DNA from: Methanobacteriota archaeon
GTDB taxonomy: Archaea > Methanobacteriota > Methanobacteria > Methanobacteriales > Methanobacteriaceae
Reading direction: 5' to 3'
Length of the DNA: 64,000 bases
Assembly: GCA_963787255.1 (NCBI GenBank)
Contig: CAWBCJ010000018.1
Coordinates: 133,025 to 197,024, forward strand
Numbering within the stretch: the first letter of the stretch is position 1; each line of letters begins with the position of its first letter. The notes below the pieces were generated by a model, which worked only from the letters and a program-made list of their open reading frames with translations, made no database searches and was not told where the DNA came from. The translations under genes and the position numbers were made by a program. Positions 57,199 through 64,000 of the stretch are shown piece after piece.

Positions 57199-57255
57199 CG
57201 TGATTTATTACACATTTTAAGCATTTATCATTCAAATATTGTGAAATATATCACA
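57199..57255. promoter_or_regulatory. Paired TGTGA-N6-TCACA-type palindromes upstream of the poly-Thr operon promoter
   Basis: Perfect tgtgaaatatatcaca (57240-57255) and degenerate cgtgatttattacaca (57199-57214); TATA-like element at about 57164-57174 on the minus strand. Confidence 0.5.
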
Positions 57256-57476
57256 TACTCATGAAATTCTATATATTAATTTATTTATTATCCCTTAAAT
57301 TCTTTTTTATAATGATATATCAGCAATTAATACTAAAAATTGAAAGGATCAAATAGAAAATTTAAACTCTAATCCTACAAATTATTTTGGGGGATTTCGG
57401 CTCAATTTTCCATAAAAAATTCAAATAATATTTATTCGAATATTCTTTGTAATGCTAAAAAAAATGAGAATAATTT

Positions 57477-59303
57477 CTAACTAACATTTATCCATAAATG
57501 CAGCGAACGATACACATTATTTTCATCTGGAAGCTTATACAATAAAGAATTCCAACTTCTGCTTCTGCCCAGATCCCGCAGTGAAATTAAAAGTCTTTTC
57601 AAACTTCTCATTATTAGCCAAAGTTATATTTTCCTCATTTAAAGTCTTATTATTTAATTTTATCATTAATTTATAATTTATAGTCGCATATTCATGATTT
57701 ACAACACCAAAAATTACACTACCAGTTTCACCTGCAGTTAAATTAGTAGGATAATCACTAGCCTTACCATTAGGACCTAAAATATAAAATTCAGTGAACT
57801 TCTCACCCTCTTTAGGAGAAGCAATAACATAACCAGTCATAGAAATCGCAAGAACAATAGAAGCAACCAAAACAATTGAAAGAACCTTATCAGTTCTATT
57901 TTCACTGCTAAATGAGGATTTAACACTATTGAAAAACCCACGGAAATCAACACTAAACCTATCATCTTCAGGAATTCTTTTTCTCCTTAAAAAGGATATA
58001 ATAGAGCATTGAAATTGTAAATATTGATAATGAAACAAGAATTGGAGTTAACCTAATCCCAAATGGAGTATAATTTAATCCTAAACCAATTAAAGGTGCA
58101 ACAGCAATGCTTAAACCAAAACTTAAAGCAACACGTTCAATACCATCTAAATCATCAATTTTAGGGAATAATGCAGCTATCAAAGCGTATCCCGGTAAAA
58201 ATAGTATAAATAAAAGACCAAATATAGTTCTAACGAAACTATCGTTTAAAATAGGGGCCGCTACAGAAATAATGCTAAAAATTGTAACTAAAAATACTAA
58301 AATAAGATCCATATAAGTTGATTTACGCCCTTTTTTATATTCCTCTTTTTTAATGGAAATAAATTCATTAAAATTACTTTTAGATTTTCTAACCTCAGAC
58401 TCCTTTCTTTCTTTTATAAATTCCTGAAGTCCGGACTTTTCCTCTTCTTTCTTTATTTTTGGAGACTTAAACCTTCTAAGGAATGCAATTAAAATTAATA
58501 CAACGGTTAAAGAGGATAAAATAAAAATAAATAAGTTCGATGGAGCAGCCGGTAATGAATAAACCATCAAAAATACAGATAAAAATAAAATAACAGCACT
58601 AAAAACAATATTTAATAAAAGACGTCTTAATTTGCTTAAACTATTATAAGGATAAATAGCGGCTGTTAAAGCATAACCAGATAAAAAGAAAAGAAGAACC
58701 GGCACCAATACGATCCTAATTCCAGAATTGCTTAACTGCGGCAACGCTAAAACCGTAACAGTAACAAAAACTAATACATTAACCACTAAAACATCAGACA
58801 ATGATAAATTTAGTTTTCTTTTTTACAGGGTTATAATCTGCATATTCAAGCTCTCCCCCACAATTACACTTAGAAAAATCCTCTAAAGATTCACCTTCTT
58901 TAAGCTGATAATAACCATTACAACTCTGGCATTTAATGTATCTTTTAACATTCTTTCTTCTTCTTAAAGCAATAAATGCCACTATAATTGTGAAAACAGC
59001 TAATATAATGAATATAGTTATTGAAGGAATATTTAAAATCCCAGAAAGATTTATTAAAGTAAATAGAAGTGTTAAAGCAGCGCTTAAAACAATACCAATT
59101 AAAACACGTTTAATCAATCCCAAACTATCTTTAACAGGGTATAAAACAGCTGTTAAAGCATATCCTGGTAAAAAGAATAACAGTAATAAGCTGGGTATAA
59201 CTCTTAAAGGAAATTGACTTAAAGGATAATAAAAGAGGGACACTGCAGAAACAATTGCAAATAAAATCACTAAAAAAAGGTCTGCGTTGTAAAATCTTTT
59301 CAT
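57477..59303 (-). CDS. Multi-module DUF1616 membrane protein with internal Zn-ribbon (probably one gene split by indels)
   Basis: Three repeats of LFFL(P/S)GYAL.A..(Y/F)P; [12 protein letters not shown]; [10 protein letters not shown]; CQSC...CNCGG; the reconstructed C-terminus [11 protein letters not shown] ends at 57477. Confidence 0.75.
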
Positions 59304-59501
59304 TGGGGGATCTCCTATTGCTTTAAATGATTTCAAAGTACTTCTAATTTCAGTATTATTGTTAGTTTATGTTATTAAATTTCCATAAGTATTGATATAA
59401 ATATGAATTAATGGTATAAAACTTTATTTAAACAAAAATACATTATTAAGTTTAATAAACTAATATAAATAACTTATAAAAAAAAATTGAGGAAATTCAA
59501 T

Positions 59502-59792
59502 ATGAACAAATTATCACTTTCATCAACAATTTCAGTAACCAAAGAAGCAGTACACTGCGATGTAGAAGAAGAAGTAGTAATTTTATCCATGAAAGATGGA
59601 GTCTATTATGGGCTTAATCCAGTTGGAGCATTTATCTGGAACCAAATCCAGAAACCCAAAAAAGTAGAAGAAATTCGCGATTCGATATTGGAAGAATTCG
59701 ACGTGGAAAAAAAAGAATGCGAAGCAGATTTAATGCAACTCCTCGGGGAATTATTAGAAAAGAACCTTATTGAGGATGTAGATGATTCATAG
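59502..59792 (+). CDS. PqqD-family RiPP recognition element (lasso B1-like)
   Basis: EVVILS..DGVYYGLNPVGAFIW...I..EFDV....CEADL..LL.EL.EKNLI. Confidence 0.92.
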   Translation: MNKLSLSSTISVTKEAVHCDVEEEVVILSMKDGVYYGLNPVGAFIWNQIQKPKKVEEIRDSILEEFDVEKKECEADLMQLLGELLEKNLIEDVDDS

Positions 59793-60212
59793 CTTTTTAA
59801 AACTAGACATTTCAAGATAAAATTCTATTAATTAAAGCTCTATTTTTACTTTGGATTTAGTCAGAATAATGCTCTGGATGCTTCCTTTTTCAAGGATTCA
59901 AAGAATTATAAATGAAATTAATGTAAAATCAGATGAGAATGAAATTTCAGGAAGTATCCAGTGGAAAAACTAACTTGGGCTGTAGAAGTAATGAGCATCT
60001 ATACTCCCCGAGCCACATGCCTGACCCGTGCATTAGCTGCACAAATACTACTTGCAAGATATCATTATTCATCAAACATTAAGATAGGTGTGTCTAAAAA
60101 TGAAGGGGAATTTGAAGCACATGCATGGCTAGAAGCAAATGATAGAATAATTCTTGGTGAATCAGAAACGGAATATACTCCAATACTTAAGATGGGTGAA
60201 AAAACACAATGA
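59782..60212 (+). CDS. Lasso peptide B2 leader peptidase (transglutaminase-like), 5' part frameshifted
   Basis: ATCLTRALA (catalytic Cys), IGV, FEAHAWLE (His); overlaps the B1 stop. Confidence 0.9.
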
Positions 60213-60298
60213 GCGCAATAACAGGGATATTCTACAGAGATGGACGTAAAGTTGACCCGGAACTAATTAAAAAGATGAATGATAGGCTTTCCATATGA
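60209..60298 (+). pseudogene. Truncated 5' stub of a lasso cyclase gene
   Basis: MSAITGIFYRDGRKVDPELIKKMNDRLSI* is nearly identical to the start of the gene at 61384; AT-rich non-coding DNA follows. Confidence 0.75.
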
Positions 60299-60458
60299 TC
60301 ATGAATTTCTGTTTGAGTTAAGGCTAGCTAGTTTAGGTATCAAATGTTCTGAATTTTAAATTAAAAAATCATTTTTGAGTTAAAATAATTATTTAAAAAT
60401 TATAGAAATTTATATTTATAAAGAATTATATGAATTATGAAAAATAGAGGATGAATTA

Positions 60459-61369
60459 ATGTTTTATTATAATGCATTTGGATTAAATATTTCATCTGAA
60501 GTAGAACTTCCAGGAATGATTGAAAAAGTAGATAATGATAAATTTGATGTTAAAATATCTTTAGATGAAGTAAATCTTCCAGTAGTCTAGACAATAAAAA
60601 GGTTCTAATTACATTGTAGATTGATGAAAATGTCTATTTATGGTGGGAAGATATTGGAAAGGTGAAGATAAGTAGTGGAAATCAAATAATTGTTGATTCA
60701 TCATCTAATTTGAATAATTCTGATGAAACTAATATAATTCCTTTTTTATTGGGACCTGTAATGTCAATTTTGCTTCATCAAAGAGGCTTTTTAGTTCTCC
60801 ATGGAAGTTCTATTAAAGTTAATAAAGGAGCAATTGCTTTTTTAGGGTATAGAGGGACTTGGGAAATCAACAACTGCTATTAATTTATATAAAAAGGGTT
60901 ATCCTCTGATAACTGATGATATTCTGGCTGTTAGATTTGATGATGAAGGATTACCGATTGTATATCCAGGTTATCCTCATGTACAGATTATCAGAAGATT
61001 CTTTTGTCCATATAAAGGATGATACGAATATTTTGACACCTATCCGTACCTATGCAGGGAAAGTTTTTTGTGATGCTTCCCGAGGTTTTTCACAAGGACC
61101 AATCAAATTAAAAAAGATTTACATCCTTGAAAATGGTAAAAAAACGAGAATTTCAATTTTCAATTCTCAAGAAAATGTTATTAATCTTATTAGGCATTCA
61201 ATTGCCAATAAAATTTTCGAAGATAATAAAGATCAAGCAAAAAATTTAATTCAATGCGCCAATTTAATTAATAATACTCTTATTAGCCGTTTGGAAATAT
61301 CACATTCATTTAAAAATCTTCCTGATTTAGTTAAACCTAATTGAAGATGATTTTAAAAGTGAAAGATGA
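60459..61369 (+). CDS. HPr-kinase-like P-loop kinase (lasso peptide kinase type), split by indels
   Basis: MFYYNAFGLNISSE; LLHQRGFLVLHGSS; AFLGYRG.GKSTTA Walker A; LITDD. Confidence 0.85.
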
Positions 61370-61383
61370 ACTAGGTGATGATA

Positions 61384-63308
61384 ATGAGTGCAATAACGGG
61401 ATTTTTTACAGAGATGGGCGAAAAGTTGAACCAGAACTTAATTAAAAATGATGAATGAATAGGCTTTCACATAGAGGACCTGATGGATCTGCTAGTTTGG
61501 TGTAAGAAATGGATAGCCAGTTGCTTTAGGTCATCAGATGCTCTGGACAACCCCAGAATCCCTGCAAGAGAAACTACCCTTTCATGACGAAAAAACAGGT
61601 CTAGTTATCACTGCAGATGCCAGGATAGATAACCGAAAGGAGCTATCAGAAGAACTTGAATATTGAAGATAAAGAAGATGTATCTGACAGTTATTTTATA
61701 TTGAAAGCTTACGAAAAATGGGGTGAAAAATGTCCTGAAAAGCTTTTAGGTGATTTTGCATTTGCCATCTGGGATGAAAATGAGGAAAAATTATTTTGTG
61801 CAAGGGATCACATGGGTGTGAAGCCATTTTATTATTATTTAGATGATGAGATGTTTGTTTTTGGAACTGAGATTAAATCCTTGTTTTGTGTTCCTGGGGT
61901 TCCTTATAAGTTAAATGACTTAAAAATGGCATTTTTTATCTTAATGGACATATGACGACAAAAAATTAACCTTTTATGAAAATATTTTTCGATTACCTCC
62001 TGCACATTCATTAACAATAGATCAAAATCATTACAAATAAAGAAATATTGGAAAATGTATCCGGAATACTAAATTATAATGGATTCTGATGAGGAATATA
62101 TTAAAGCATTTCGGGAAATATTTACAGAAGCTGTTAATTGTCGTTTGAGAAGTGCATTTCCTATAGGATTTGAATTAAGTGGAGGGTTAGATTCATCATC
62201 TGTAGTATGTATGGCAAAATTCTTATAAGTAATAGTAATTCTATGATCGTAATATGAATACTTTCTCATATTCTTTTAGAGATTTTCCGAAGTTGATGAA
62301 CGACTTTATATAAATATGATTATAAATACTGGAGGAATAAACCTCATTATCATGTTTATGGGGATAATATAAGTCCAATGGAAAAAATGGAAAATATTAT
62401 TTGGCATTTAGAACAGCCACCTTATACTCCTTATTATCCGGATTATATGGAATTATACAAAAAAATGCAGGAAAATGAGATACGTATTAGTTTAAGTGGT
62501 GGTGGTGGTGATGGAACTATTTCTCATGGTGAAAGTATCTGCATTAAAGATTTGCTCTACATTCCAGTTTAAAAAGTTGATGAGGGAACTTAAGGGTCAT
62601 TCAAAGCTTGTTAATCAGAACTTTTATCATTCACTTATTAATCAAGTTATTTTTCCGTTTTTACCAATTATGATAAAGAATTTGTTGTTATCCAAATAGA
62701 ATACAAGATTGTTTAAAATGAAGGTACTTATATATTGAATAAAAATATGGGTAAGGAGATTTGGCGTGGTGAAAGATTATTTGAAAAAACTTCTTATTAT
62801 CCTGGTGAAACCTTCAATGAAGCCAAAACGGCTAGAAAATACTCATTATTTATCTGTTAGTTCTGATCTTATGATTTAGAAATGAAATGAAAATATGGCT
62901 AAAGTTGCTTTACCTTCCTATTGAACCAAGATATCCTTATTTTGATAAAAGACTAGTCGAATTTTGTTATGCTAGTACCAAGTGAAATGAAATTTAGAGT
63001 TTGGATGGGCTCGTTACTTACAACGTGTAGCCCTACAGAATATTTTACCTAGTAAAGTTCAGTGGCGTTATTCAAATGAAGTTTTCTCCAGAAGAGAAAG
63101 AAACCTTTTATTATTTGAGAAGGATCGTTTAGATAAAGTTTCTAATGTAAAAAACAATATTATAAATGATTATGTAGATTTAAATCTCATCAATGTTAAA
63201 TATCAAAAATATATCACTGGAAAAGATTATGGTCCAACTGATGTACTAATCTTATGGTTAGCAATGAGTTTAGATTTCTGGTTGCAAGAAAATAATAATA
63301 TTTTTTGA
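61384..63308 (+). CDS. AsnB-like lasso cyclase (C protein), heavily frameshifted
   Basis: MSAITG start (no Cys1), HRGPDG, DARIDNR, GDFAFAIWD, ARDHMGVKPFYY, ELSGGLDSS, RYPYFDKRLVEF. Confidence 0.85.
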
Positions 63309-63531
63309 GTTTAAAATATTAATGAATGATTTTCTTGATGAAGTTAAATTCGATTAAGTGTTAAATTTATAAAAAAATCTTAAAAATTATCAAAGTAAAA
63401 CAATGAAAAGATTTTCAAAAAAATTGATTAAATTGAAGAAAGTATATTCAGACACGAAAGACTTGAAAAAATGCTTATTCTAGAAAAAGACAGCCTAAAT
63501 AATAATCGATTAGATCTATTAGGAGAATAAG

Positions 63532-64000
63532 ATGTATTCTCATATAAAGCATTTGGATTAATTATATCATCAGAGATCAAACTTCCAGGAATGATAGAAA
63601 CAAATAGTAATAACGAATACGATGTTGAAATATCTATTGGAAAAGTTAATCTCCCCTCATCTGAACCGTTGCTAAAAGGTCCAGATTTTCTTTTAGATAA
63701 TGGAATTGTATATTTTTTATGGGATGATATAGGTAAAATAAAGATAAGCTGCAATCATATCATTATTGACTTAATATCTGAATCGATTGATAAATTTAAT
63801 ATTATACCCTCTTTATTAGGGCCTATAATGGCAATTTTACTTTATCAAAGAGGGTTATTAGTGTTACATGGAAGCTCGGTTAAAGTTAAAGGAGAAGCTA
63901 TTGCTTTTTTAGGTTATAGTGGGATTGGAAAATCCACAACTGCTATCAATTTATTTAAAAAAGGTTATCCTCTATTAACAGACGATATTCTGGCTATTAG
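63532..64000 (+). CDS. Second HPr-kinase-like kinase, 5' part; runs off the window
   Basis: AGGAG RBS; KAFGLIISSEIKLPGM, LLYQRGLLVLHGSS, GYSGIGKSTTA, LLTDD; paralog of 60459-61369. Confidence 0.85.

Noticed and set aside
61384-63308. Housekeeping asparagine synthetase AsnB
   Set aside because: It lacks the N-terminal catalytic Cys (MSAITG) and sits with RRE, B2 and kinase genes.
63403-63483. 26-aa ORF MKRFSKKLIKLKKVYSDTKDLKKCLF between the cyclase and kinase 2, as a lasso precursor
   Set aside because: No YxxP leader motif, no Gly/Ser/Ala-starting core with Asp/Glu at position 7-9, and no RBS; looks like AT-rich noise.

Overview
AT-rich archaeal DNA, most likely a Methanobacterium-type methanogen (Methanobacteriales). 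This is inferred from pseudomurein-binding repeats, DUF11/MQxTG surface proteins, the priL-metG-DUF530 gene order and the nurA-herA-mre11-rad50 operon. The left and centre carry housekeeping, repair and stress genes (metG, galE, NurA/HerA/Mre11/Rad50, ppx-ppk1, rubrerythrin/desulfoferrodoxin, RecJ-like, nth, EXO5-like nuclease, aroA, valS, ZnuABC-type transporter with a NikR-family regulator, cobM, rfbD). The right end (about 52.6-64 kb) is the most interesting region. It holds a GT2 glycosyltransferase, a TPR-CPBP intramembrane protease fusion, an operon led by a small poly-Thr two-helix membrane protein, and a multi-module DUF1616 protein. Divergent from these is an archaeal lasso-peptide-type cluster (RRE/B1, B2 peptidase, Cys1-less AsnB-like cyclase, two HPr-kinase-like kinases) with no canonical precursor visible in the window. 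Many genes are split by 1-bp indels, more densely toward the right end. I read these as probable sequencing/assembly errors and report reconstructed gene extents. No rRNA, tRNA, CRISPR array or intact mobile element was recognised. All family assignments come from motif recognition by eye; no database search was run.
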